Below the pieces are notes generated by a model that ran no database searches, was not told the origin of the DNA, and worked only from the letters and a program-made list of their open reading frames with translations. The position numbers and the translations under genes are program-made. Positions 12,570 to 24,274 of a stretch of DNA of 64,000 nucleotides are shown piece after piece. Positions within the stretch are counted from its first letter, which is position 1. Each line of letters starts with the position of its first letter. Source of the DNA: Eledone cirrhosa (taxonomy: Eukaryota); contig OZ024764.1 of NCBI GenBank assembly GCA_964016885.1, positions 2,542,001-2,606,000 of the forward strand, given 5' to 3'.

Positions 12570-13140
12570 AGTGTATTACTGGTACTTTATTTTATTGACT
12601 CTGTAAAGATGAAAGGTAAAGCTAACCTCGGCGGGATTTGAATTCAGACCAGAAAAGGGCCATAACTCTATGCTGCGAAGCATGGTGTCTGACGTTCTAC
12701 CGATTCCACTACCACGTACCTTCAATAATAATAATAATGGTTTCTCATTTAGGCTCAAGGCCAGCAATTTGGTGAAGAAGGAAGCCTAAACTTGGCAGAT
12801 TTGATCTCAGAATGTAAAGGGCCGTAACTCTATGCCACAAAGCATGTTGTTCGATGCTCTACCGATTCTACCAATCCACCGCCATAATAATTGTTTCTAC
12901 TTTAGGCACAAGGCCAGCAATTACCCCAGTGTATTACTGGTACTTTATTTTATCGACCTCGCAAGGATGAAAGGCAAAGTCAACCTCGGCGGGATTTGAA
13001 CCCAGACCGTAAAGAGCCGTAACTCTATGCCGCAAAGCATGGCGTCAGACCCTCTACCGATACTGCCAATCCACCACCCCCAATAATAATAATAATAATA
13101 ATAATAACAATTTCAACTATAGGCACAAGGCCAACTTGGG
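12570..13140 (-). mobile_element. SINE family A cluster
   Basis: Three to four head-to-tail copies separated by (AAT)n. Confidence 0.8.
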
Positions 13141-13407
13141 GGGCGAATATAGGCCTAAACCTGAATTACTGGGGTTGCCCCAGGATCACCTGGTGGCAAA
13201 TGTTCCAAAAAGACCTGATGGCAGCCAACATCACTTGGCACAGACATGAAAAAGCCGCCACTGGTCGTGGCCTTTGGTGACTACTACTTACTGCTTGATG
13301 GGCCGAAAGGCACGGAAGCCCCTAAGACTAAGAAACTAACTGATGAGTACAAAACAAAACAAAACAACAACTGAGACATTAATCCAAAGACAGAGTTCTC
13401 AACATAC

Positions 13408-13511
13408 TTTAGTTTCTTCAGTTCTTGTTCTTTGAAGTCTTCAAGTTTCTTCAGTTCTTCCTGTTTGACTAGATCAAATTTGGCAATCTCTTGTCTTAAC
13501 TTCGCCACACT
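13408..13511 (-). CDS. CENPJ: CENPJ coiled-coil exon
   Basis: 104 nt SVAKLRQEIAKFDLVKQEELKKLEDFKEQELKKLK; CAG acceptor, GTATGT donor; phase 0/2. Confidence 0.92.
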
Positions 13512-13721
13512 CTGAGAGAGAAGAGAGATCTTGGATTAGACAGGTTATAGAACAGAAATATATCTCACATATATTCCACTGCGATTGTTTGTCTAACTAG
13601 TTATTATATACACTAGCAGAAAAACCACCCTGAAGAGAAAAACCAATTGAAGAGAGACTGTGTTACACTGTCTTCTGTAATCAGTAAAGTAATCCATGAT
13701 ACATTTAAAAAAAGACGATAT

Positions 13722-14465
13722 TATATATATAAAACTGAGGATGTCTGTCTGTGTGTGTGTGAGTTTGAATCCTTAAAACTCGAGAACCACCCAACCGACT
13801 GTTTTCAAACTTTACACAGGTAATACTTATGTTTCAGGAAGTGTTCTGAGCAAAAAAAAAATTCAAATTTTCAATGCCCTAGGGACCGCATTAGGCGATT
13901 TAGCGATCTCTCTCTATAATTCTTAGTCTTTCTTTTTAGATAGATACATAGATATAACGTTGCGCCCTTATAATATCTGTCTGTATGTCTGGCTGTCTGC
14001 CTGTGTGTGTGTGTCTGTGAGTTTGAATCCCTAAAACTTGAGAAGTACCCAACCGACTTTTTTCAAACATTACATGTGTATTACTTATGTTTCAGGGAGT
14101 GTTGTGCAGATAAAAAAATTCAACTTTTTGATCCCCTAGGGCCTGCATTAGGTGAAAAACTACGTTTTTTCAGGTTTTTAGGGGTTTTTTGAGTCGTTTC
14201 GTCAGACTGATTTCCTTGAAATTTCAAGGCATATTATACACATAAAAAAAATTCATTTCCTTGATCCCCTAGGGCCCGCATTAGGTGAAAACCTGCCTTT
14301 TTCCTGCTTCATCAAGGAAAATCTTAAAGATTATCCAGCCATCAGAGTATTTGGTTTATTTTCTTTACATATTGTCTAGGCAAGCAGTTTTTCCACGATT
14401 AGGTCTGTTGGTGGCCCAACTTCCAAAATACCTTATCCCGTGCAACGCCGGGTACCACTGCTCGT
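13722..14465 (+). mobile_element. Non-autonomous Helitron-like element
   Basis: Starts TATATATAAAACTGAGGATGTCTGTC, has an internal duplication, ends with hairpin CCCGTGCAACGCCGGG then ...CTGCTCGT (degenerate CTAGT). Confidence 0.6.
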
Positions 14466-15344
14466 ATATATAAGAATATTTATGTTTAATCAACAGCCAT
14501 GAAATTTAGTAGATAAATTATGTAATATTCATTATTTATTCAAAGTAATCCAACTTATTTTACTAACGGGATTAAAAAATCTATTCAGGACACAGTCCCG
14601 CACTCCTTACTTTGTTATAGTTATGATTTCTGCAATTCTATCATATGTAAAGAGAGAGGAGTAGTTTGACTACCTCATACTACCCCTCTCTTTTTACGTC
14701 TACTGCCTGCGTGAATGTATGTGTGTATAAAAAGAAGGAAGTGGTGAAAAAACTATAGTAAAATAGTGGCTGGCGTTCCATTTGTTATGCTGTGTGTGTG
14801 TGTGTTTGTGTATATGTGTGTGTTTGTGTGAATGTATGTGTGTGCTTGTGTGAATGTATGTGTGTGTGAATGTATGTGTGTGTTTGTGTAAATTTGTGTG
14901 AGCTTGTGTGAATGTATGTGTTTGTGTGAATGTATGTGTGTATTTGTGTGAATGTATGTGTGTGTTTGTGTAAATTTGTGTGAGCTTGTGTGAATGTATG
15001 TGTTTGTGAATGTATGTGTGTGTTTGTGTGAATGTATGTGTGTATTTGTGTGAATGTGTAAATTTGTGTGAGCTTGTGTGAATGTATGTGTTTGTGTGTG
15101 CTTGTGTGAATGTATGTGTGTGTTTGTGTGAATGTATGTGTGTGAGTGTATATATTTTACATAGGGCTGGGGAGTTAACTATTTCTGTTGTTTAACCTGT
15201 TGACCACTGCATATATTTTACACAGTTACTGTGTAAGGTTTTTTTCCAGTAAAATGACTATTTTTTTAAACAAACATTTATGAACAACATATCTGAATGA
15301 TTGACAAATGTCACATTAATAAACTAGTAACGCCATCTAGCTTT

Positions 15345-15760
15345 GTAGTTATGGACTGTTGGAAAGGACTTCATAACTTTGAAGTTAAGAACTGTTGGAA
15401 AGGAGTTCATAACTTTGAAGTTATCAACTGTTGGAAAGGAGTTCATAACTTTGAAGTTATGAACTGTTGGAAAGGAGTTTATAACTTTGAAGTTAAGAAC
15501 TGTTGGAAAGGAGTTCATAACTTTGAAGTTAAGAACTGTTGGAAAGGTGTTCATAGCTTTGAAGTTATGAACTGTTGCAAAGGAGTTCATAACTTTGAAG
15601 TTATCAACTGTTGGAAAGGAGTTCACAACTTTGAAGTTATGGACTGTTGGAAAGGTGTTCATAACTTTGAAGTTATCAACTGTTGGAAAGGAGTTCACAA
15701 CTTTGAAGTTATGAACTGTTGGAAAGGAGTTTATAACTTTGAAGTTATGGACTGTTGGAA
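15345..15760. repeat. 36-bp minisatellite, about 11 copies
   Basis: Unit GAAGTTATGAACTGTTGGAAAGGAGTTCATAACTTT. Confidence 0.95.
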
Positions 15761-15988
15761 AATAGTTCAAACATGTTAGGAAGAGTTATCTTGGCTGTGG
15801 CACTAAAGAGGTTAAGGAAACCTAGGACACAGAAGGACAGAGGTGCTTTACTGAACTTATAATTTTATAATTTTGCTATGTAGAAGCAAAATTATAAAAT
15901 TGTAAAATTATAAACTGTTGGAAAAGAGTTCAGACATGTTAGGACGAGTTATCTTGTCTACGGCACTGAAGAAGTTAAAGGAACTTAC

Positions 15989-16147
15989 CTCTTCTCGTTC
16001 CTGTCGAAGTTTTTCCAGATTGCAATTTTCACTCTGGAAGCGTGCAATCTCTTTCTCCAGCTGCACCAGTTTCTCCCGCAGCAGTTTCGAAGGTGCACCC
16101 TCTGTTGTCGGTGATGGTGGTGCCGCTTGATTCTGGGCCTGGTCCTG
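15989..16147 (-). CDS. CENPJ: CENPJ exon, start of C-terminal coiled coil
   Basis: 159 nt, SKLLREKLVQLEKEIARFQSENCNLEKLRQEREE (CPAP [30 protein letters not shown]-like); CAGCAG acceptor, GAG|GTAAGT donor. Confidence 0.93.
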
Positions 16148-17706
16148 CTGCAACAAACAAACAAAAATAACAACAAAATTAATGATTTCTGATATAGGCA
16201 TGAGGGCAACAATTTTGGGGAAGGGGAAAGTTGATTAAATCGACCCCAGTGCATTGCTGGTACTTTATTTTATCGAACGGCAAAACTAACGAAAGGCAAA
16301 ACTAACCTCGGCAGGATTTGAACTCAGAACGTAAAGGGCCGTAACTCCATGTCGCGAAGCCCGTTCTCCAACGTTCTACCAACACAGTGAAATTCCGTTA
16401 TAATGAAACTCATGAGGTATAAAAAAAAAATTGTAACGAACAGTTACTTGATTTCCCTCAGTCTAAGAGATACTAATCTCGAAATATCAGGTCACTAGCA
16501 TTAAAGCCCCGGCGTTGCTCGGGGTCAGTAAGTTACCAAAGTTAGGTTGCACCACCCATTGTATAACAGCACGTTTTTGTCTGCCAGGCACTGGGTGAAT
16601 GAACTGCAGACCTGGACTGCCGAAGCAGGAGCTGCGCCAGCAGTGACAATTGTAGTTTCGCCTATGGATATTATCTCTGTGCAAAGAAGTGTTGAAATTT
16701 ATTGTTTCACAGTACTTGCGCAACACGCGCGTAGACGATGCCAGCCGAACAACAGAGCTGCGATGGAGTTGTTCTGCATGGTTGTCTAATGTGTGTTTTC
16801 TAAATTTAAGACAGTAGGGAGGGGTGTGATATGGGGGAGAGTTAGCTGCTGTTTCTAGCAGGTTTAGTGACCTCATAGAGGATATTATTGTGTATAGTAA
16901 ATGAACTGATACTTCTTTCTTCCACGTTCGTTGAGAGATGTTTTAAAAAAGATTTATCGCTATTTTTTTTGTTGTTGAATAAATTTATCTGTTGCTTTTG
17001 AATAATTGTTGTTTCGTATGAAATGTAATAAGTTCTCTTTGTCATTGAAGTAAATAAATGTTTGACAGTTCCACACTCAAAAACAAACGTTCTCTCTCTC
17101 TCTTAAAGTTTGTAAGTTTAATTGTATGTAAGAGAAAGTTGCAGCATGTATGTAGTTTTATCGAATTTTAAGGGGAGTAGACAGAGGATATCTGATTGTA
17201 TTAGAGGGGTAAAGCATCATGTATTTAGTTTTATCGATTATTTCTGTAATTGTGGGTGAGTTTGAATGAAATAAATAGTCGTTGACCTAAGTTAGACCAT
17301 TTACATCATTCTTAGAGACTTTGAGTCGAATCGGTTTGAAATTGTGCAAATGTATAAACATGGAACATGCACACACACACACAACAACAACAACAATCTG
17401 CCTTTTATAGATAATGATATGAATAAATTAAGAAAAGAAGAAACCCTACATTTTGTGTTTTGAAACCTTCGTTTTCGTGGCTTTCCAACTTCGAATTCTA
17501 TATATATATATATATAGTAATAATAATAAATGTGAAGACTAAAATCCAAAGAGGGCTCGATAAGGATAAATATTTATCAAATATATAAGAACCATAGAGC
17601 AAATATTTATTAAAATAACAGATTAAAGTTTAAGCAAAGAATCGCAGCTTTCAGAAGATCCCGTTGAGGGTGAAAGCAGCAAGTCTTTGCTTAAACTTTA
17701 ATCTAT

Positions 17707-17740
<34 letters not shown>

Positions 17741-18076
17741 GAGGCACATGGCTTAGTGGTTAGAGCATTGGCCTTGCAATCGAAAGGTTGTGAGTTCAAT
17801 TCTCAGACCGGGTGATGTGTTGTTTCCTTGAGCAAGACACTTTATTTCACATTGCTCCAGTTTACTGGAGCTGTAGAAATGAGATGATAGGGACTGGGGT
17901 CCCTATCATTCCACTGCAAAGTGGTCGTGGAGGTGCCACAGAAAAAAAAAAGCACCCAGCACTCACTGTAAATGAGGTTGGTGTTAGGAAGGGCATCCAG
18001 CTGTAGAGATCAAGCCAGAATCAGTTCCCGTCCCACCCTTGCAAGCAGGGAAAAGTGGACGTAAAATGATGATGAT
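17741..18076 (+). mobile_element. SINE family B copy
   Basis: Near-identical to 12019-12370. Confidence 0.9.
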
Positions 18077-18089
18077 GTATGTATGTATG

Positions 18090-18120
<31 letters not shown>

Positions 18121-18123
18121 TTT

Positions 18124-18668
18124 CTAGGGTGGGTAAAATTCCCGAGATCCATGGTCAAGTTCTCTCCAGCTGTCTCTGTCCCTCATTATCGCTGCCATGT
18201 CCTGCGTCTCCAACAGACCAGTGTCTGTCCTTAGGGCATCAACATACATTAACCTTGGTCTTCCTCTTCTAGTGTGTCCATGTAGGGGCTCCCAAAGGAG
18301 CACTGAGTGCAGTGTCAACTTTGGATGTCGGTGAGCATGTCCAGCTAACCTCAGTCTCCCTCTTCCAGTGTGACAATGCAGGGGCTCCCACAGGAGCACT
18401 GAGTGCAGTGTCAACTCTGGATGTCGGTGAGCATGTCCAGCTAACCTCCGTCTCCTCTGTGTCACTTTTGAGCTGAATTTTGGGAGGCTCCCATACAGCT
18501 CTGAGTTTTTCATCCTCAGTGTATACTGATTAATGTTCATAGCCATCCTCAACATTCTCGTGGAGCACCCATCCACCATCTGAGTGAGTTTCTTGGTCAG
18601 TGTCCAAGTCTCAGGCCCGTACAGCAGCACAGATTCCACTACAGCAATGAAGAGGCGGATCTTCAGGC
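18124..18668 (-). mobile_element. RTE-type LINE 3' fragment with 96-bp internal duplication
   Basis: LKIRLFIAVVESVLLYGPETWTLTK...RLAGHAHRHPE (twice)...GRPRLMYVD. Confidence 0.9.
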
Positions 18669-18680
18669 CTTCACGAATAT

Positions 18681-19140
18681 ATACAAATAGTAAAAACAAT
18701 GACATTAAACAAAAAACTGTTAATTCATAGTAAAACTCATTATTTTACTATCGTTTCTGGGGGGTAGTTCTCCGTATGTCCATTCTATTATTGATCTATG
18801 TAAAATATATTACAAAATATCATAGTAAAAAAATATACATATGTCTTCACTATTTTTTTACTATGATATTTTGTAATATATTTTACATAGATCAATAATA
18901 GAATGGACATACGGAGAACTACCCCCCAGAAACGATAGTAAAATAATGAGTTTTACTATGAATTAACCGTTTTTTGTTTAATTTCATTGTTTTACTATTT
19001 GTATTTTTGACTCTGTATCCAATGAATTATATCGTTGAAAATTTTCTATTTTAAACTTTGCTTCACGACATCTACATACGGATTACATTGAGTTCTTTAT
19101 ACGGTTTAGACCCTACCATTGATTGGTAGATTTATCTGTG
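18681..19140 (+). mobile_element. Fold-back element (different family) with one-sided tail
   Basis: About 155-bp arms 18681-18835 and 18851-19004, 15-bp spacer, tail running into (TA)n. Confidence 0.6.
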
Positions 19141-19186
19141 TGTATATATATATATGTATATGTATGTATATATATATATATATACT

Positions 19187-21195
19187 CCGATGCGTGTGCA
19201 ATGTCAATGTTCGTGAATGACCAAGCATAGATGATTTGAGAGAGAAACTGTGTATAAGAGGGATAAGTTGTAGTGTGTGGGAGAGAAGACTGAGGTGGTA
19301 TGGACATGTGATGTGTTGAGAGAGAAACTGGGTATAAGAGGGATAAGTTGTGGTGTGTGGGAGAGAAGACTGAGGTGGTATGGACATGTGATGTGTTGAG
19401 AGAGAAACTGGGTATAAGAGGGATAAGTTGTGGTGTGTGGGAGAGAAGACTGAGATGGTATGGACATGTGATGAGTTGAGAGAGAAACTGGGTATAAGAG
19501 GGATAAGTTGTGGTGTGTGGGAGAGAAGACTGAGATGGTATTGACATGTGATGTGTTGAGAGAGAAACTGGGTATAAGAGGGATAAGTTGTGGTGTGTGG
19601 GAGAGAAGACTGAGGTGGTATGGACATGTGATGTGTTGAGAGAGAAACTGGGTATAAGAGGGATAAGTTGTAGTGTGTGGGAGAGAAGACTGAGATGGTA
19701 TGGACATGTGGTGTGTTGAGAGAGAAACTGGGTATACGAGGGATAAGTTGTGGTGTGTGGGAGAGAAGACTGAGATGGTATGGACATGTGGTGTGTTGAG
19801 AGAGAAACTGGGTATACGAGGGATAAGTTGTAGTGTATGGGAGAGAAGACTGAGATGGTATGGACATGTGATGAGTTGAGAGAGAAACTGGGTATAAGAG
19901 GGATAAGTTGTAGTGTGTGGGAGAGAAGACTGAGATGGTATGGACATGTGATGTGTTGAGAGAGAAACTGTGTATAAGAGGGATAAGTTGTAGTGTGTGG
20001 GAGAGAAGACTGAGGTGGTATGGACATGTGATGTGTTGAGAGAGAAACTGTATATAAGAGGGATAAGTTGTAGTGTGTGGGAGAGAAGACTGAGGTGGTA
20101 TGGACATGTGATGTGTTGAGAGAGAAACTGGGTATAAGAGGGATAAGTTGTGGTGTGTGGGAGAGAAGACTGAGATGGTATTGACATGTGATGTGTTGAG
20201 AGAGAAACTGTGTATAAGAGGGATAAGTTGTAGTGTGTGGGAGAGAAGACTGAGGTGGTATGGACATGTGATGTGTTGAGAGAGAAACTGGGTATAAGAA
20301 GGATAAGTTGTAGTGTGTTGGAGAGAAGACTGAGGTGGTATGGACATGTGATGTGTTGAGAGAGAAACTGGGTATAAGAGGGATAAGTTGTAGTGTGTGG
20401 GAGAGAAGACTGAGATGGTATGGACATGTGATGTGTTGAGAGAGAAACTGGGTATACGAGGGATAAGTTGTAGTGTGTGGGAGAGAAGACTGAGATGGTA
20501 TGGACATGTGATGTGTTGAGAGAGAAACTGGGTATAAGAGGGATAAGTTGTAGTGTGTGGGAGAGAAGACTGAGATGGTATGGACATGTGATGTGTTGAG
20601 AGAGAAACTGGGTATACGAGGGATAAATTGTAGTGTGTGGGAGAGAAGACTGAGATGGTATGGACATGTGATGTGTTGAGAGAGAAACTGGGTATAAGAG
20701 GGATAAGTTGTAGTGTGTGGGAGAGAAGACTGAGATGGTATGGACATGTGATGTGTTGAGAGAGAAACTGGGTATACGAGGGATAAGTTGTAGTGTATGG
20801 GAGAGAAGACTGAGATGGTATGGACATGTGATGAGTTGAGAGAGAAACTGGGTATAAGAGGGATAAGTTATAGTGTGTGGGAGAGAAGACCGAGATGGTA
20901 TGGACATGTGATGTGGTGAGAGAGAAACTGGGTATAAGAGGGATAAGTTATAGTGTGTGGGAGAGATGACTGCGATGGTATGGACTTCTGATGCGCATGG
21001 AGGATGACCGCTGGGTAAAGAAGTGCCAAGAAATCCCAGTTGAAAACATGGGCGGTGGTGGTGAGAGCAGACCTCAGATTGCTGAAACTCACCGAGAAGA
21101 TGACGAAGGACCGTGACAAGTGGAGAGATGCTGTGCTGAATAGGACACGTCCCACCCTTGCAAGCAGGAAAAAGCGACATAAAATGATGATGATA
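19187..21195 (+). mobile_element. RTE fragment containing an 80-bp tandem array (about 22 copies)
   Basis: Flanks align to 11000-11352; the unit is the LREKLGIRGI...ERRLRWYGHV segment. Confidence 0.92.
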
Positions 21196-21362
21196 TGTGT
21201 GTGTGTGTATGTATATATTATATACACACATACATATATGTGTGTGTATATATATATATACACACACACACACTTCATCATCATCATCATCTTCGTTTAA
21301 CGTCCATCTTCCACGGTAGCATGGGTTAGACTATACATATGTATATATATTATATATATATA

Positions 21363-21417
<55 letters not shown>

Positions 21418-21687
21418 GTATGTATATATATATATATATATATATATAGTGTATATATATATATATATATATGTTAGCATGGAAGATGGACTTTAAACGA
21501 TGATGATGATATATATATATAGATGTGTATATATCATTGTTTAATGTCTATTTTCCACACCAGCATATACACACACACACACACACACACCAACATGTGT
21601 GTGTGTGTGTGTATACATAGATATATATGTCTGTCTGTGGGGTGTACACACAGAGACAGAAAGAGATCAATGCCATTCTATACTCAC

Positions 21688-21824
21688 CAGTTCGTCCTTG
21701 GGGTGGTTTTGAGATCTGGTGGACTGAAGGGCAGGAAAGACCTTAGTAACCAGGGTAGATGTTGGTGGTGTTGATGATGATGATGGTAGTGAGTTACTAA
21801 CAGCCCCGCTATCTTGTAACACAG
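21688..21824 (-). CDS. CENPJ: CENPJ exon with PPTS-L--K-FP-L motif
   Basis: 137 nt encoding ...TPPTSTLVTKVFPALQS..., matching CPAP PPTSELMMKFFPSLK; TTTCAG acceptor and GTGAGT donor. Confidence 0.88.
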
Positions 21825-22002
21825 CTGAAATAAAAATAAAATCAAACAGGCTAATCAGACAATGGTGAACTCCTTTCACACTCAATTTGCCTGAAATCAC
21901 ACCTGGTTCTATGACACAAAACTGTTTTAAAGTGTTTATATTTATCTAAAAACCTTCCATGATAATTTTATGTAAGAACCTTTGTTAAGGTATGTTCCAA
22001 AC

Positions 22003-23750
22003 ACTACAGACATGTGGTTAGAATGTCTCAGGAAAGAATCTCTGAATTGAGAGACCACAGCTCTGATACTACAGACATGTGGTTAGAATGTCTCAGGAAA
22101 GAATCTCTGAATTGAGAGATCACAGCTCTGATACTACAGCCATGTGGTTAGAATGTCTCAGGAAAGAATCTCTGAATTGAGAGATCACAGCTCTGATACT
22201 ACAGCCATGTGGTTAGAATGTCTCAGGAAAGAATCTCTGAATTGAGAGACCACAGCTCTGATACTACAGCCATGTGGTTAGAATGTCTCAGGAAAGAATC
22301 TCTGAATGGAGAGATCACAGCTCTGATACTACAGCCATGTGGTTAGAATGTCTCAGGAAAGAATCTCTGAATTGAGAGACCACAGCTCTGATACTACAGA
22401 CATGTGGTTAGAATGTCTCAGGAAAGAATCTCTGAATTGAGAGATCACAGCTCTGATACTACAGACATGTGGTTAGAATGTCTCAGGAAAGAATCTCTGA
22501 ATTGAGAGACCACAGCTCTGATACTACAGACATGTGGTTAGAATGTCTCAGGAAAGAATCTCTGAATTGAGAGATCACAGCTCTGATACTACAGCCATGT
22601 GGTTAGAATGTCTCAGGAAAGAATCTCTGAATTGAGAGATCACAGCTCTGATACTACAGCCATGTGGTTAGAATGTCTCAGGAAAGAATCTCTGAATTGA
22701 GAGACCACAGCTCTGATACTACAGCCATGTGGTTAGAATGTCTCAGGAAAGAATCTCTGAATTGAGAGACCACAGCTCTGATACTACAGACATGTGGTTA
22801 GAATGTCTCAGGAAAGAATCTCTGAATTGAGAGATCACAGCTCTGATACTACAGACATGTGGTTAGAATGTCTCAGGAAAGAATCTCTGAATTGAGAGAT
22901 CACAGTTCTGATACTACAGACATGTGGTTAGAATGTCTCAGGAAAGAATCTCTGAATTGAGAGATCACAGCTCTGATACTACAGACATGTGGTTAGAATG
23001 TCTCAGGAAAGAATCTCTGAATTGAGAGACCACAGCTCTGATACTACAGACATGTGGTTAGAATGTCTCAGGAAAGAATCTCTGAATTGAGAGATCACAG
23101 CTCTGATACTACAGCCATGTGGTTAGAATGTCTCAGGAAAGAATCTCTGAATTGAGAGATCACAGCTCTGATACTACAGCCATGTGGTTAGAATGTCTCA
23201 GGAAAGAATCTCTGAATTGAGAGACCACAGCTCTGATACTACAGCCATGTGGTTAGAATGTCTCAGGAAAGAATCTCTGAATGGAGAGATCACAGCTCTG
23301 ATACTACAGCCATGTGGTTAGAATGTCTCAGGAAAGAATCTCTGAATTGAGAGACCACAGCTCTGATACTACAGACATGTGGTTAGAATGTCTCAGGAAA
23401 GAATCTCTGAATTGAGAGATCACAGCTCTGATACTACAGACATGTGGTTAGAATGTCTCAGGAAAGAATCTCTGAATTGAGAGACCACAGCTCTGATACT
23501 ACAGACATGTGGTTAGAATGTCTCAGGAAAGAATCTCTAAATTGAGAGATCACAGCTCTGATACTACAGACATGTGGTTAGAATGTCTCAGGAAAGAATC
23601 ACTGGACAGATTTTACGGGTGAAACAAACAGGTAGGCGACCCAAGTGCAGTCCTACCCTGAGCAAGATGGTTGGATACACTTGGGGATCCAGCTGGATCA
23701 GTTGGAGATGGTTGCTTCTGACAGGACTCGCTGGAAGGCGTGACCCGTTG
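22003..23750 (+). repeat. 65-bp tandem array (about 24 copies) derived from an RTE RT C-terminus
   Basis: Unit translates IERSQL*YYRHVVRMSQERI; the last copy continues into ITGQILRVKQTGRRP. Confidence 0.9.
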
Positions 23751-24274
23751 GGGCACATTCACTTCAAAATATTTTTTAAATAATTAAAATATACAGACAT
23801 GTATACAATGTGAAATGAAACTGGAAGGCCTATATATATATATGTGTGTATGTATATATATATATATGTGTGTGTATGTATATATATGTGTGTGTGTGTG
23901 TGTAGTGTATATATATCTGGGTGTCTATGATCTATATGCACTGGACATAGACACACACACACACACATATATATATATACACACAACACCACCAGCCCTC
24001 TCTTCCATTCTCCTTCTCTCTCCCCGTCTCTATGTCTCTCTTTCAATCTACTCTCTCACAACCATTATCTCTTCCTCTCTCTCCATCTCTCTCTCAACCC
24101 AGAAAACCCCATATCTCCAGAACCCATGACCCGATTTCTGCGAAACTTGTTTTATCCCATTTATATCCCCATTTCAGGGTCAATTTCCTTTCAAAGTATT
24201 TTTCCATTATGCGCCCTTTTGGCTGTATTACATACAGACAGACAAGCAATCACACAGAGTTTTAGTAGATAGAT

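Noticed and set aside
13338-13375. CTGATGAGTACAAAACAAAAC as a possible hammerhead
   Set aside because: No stem II and no GAAA; lies next to an RTE-like tail and an AAAAC microsatellite.
15856-15914. AT-rich hairpin TTTTATAATTTTGCT...AGCAAAATTATAAAA
   Set aside because: Short, low complexity, single copy; no ribozyme core or TSD.
16880-17330. Possible L1/Tx1-like ORF2 C-terminal remnant on the minus strand
   Set aside because: Only faint motif hints (HDALP, FVFEC) with stops; too decayed to call without a search.
19106-21273. 544-689 aa ORFs in all three minus frames
   Set aside because: Antisense read-through of an 80-bp RTE-derived array.
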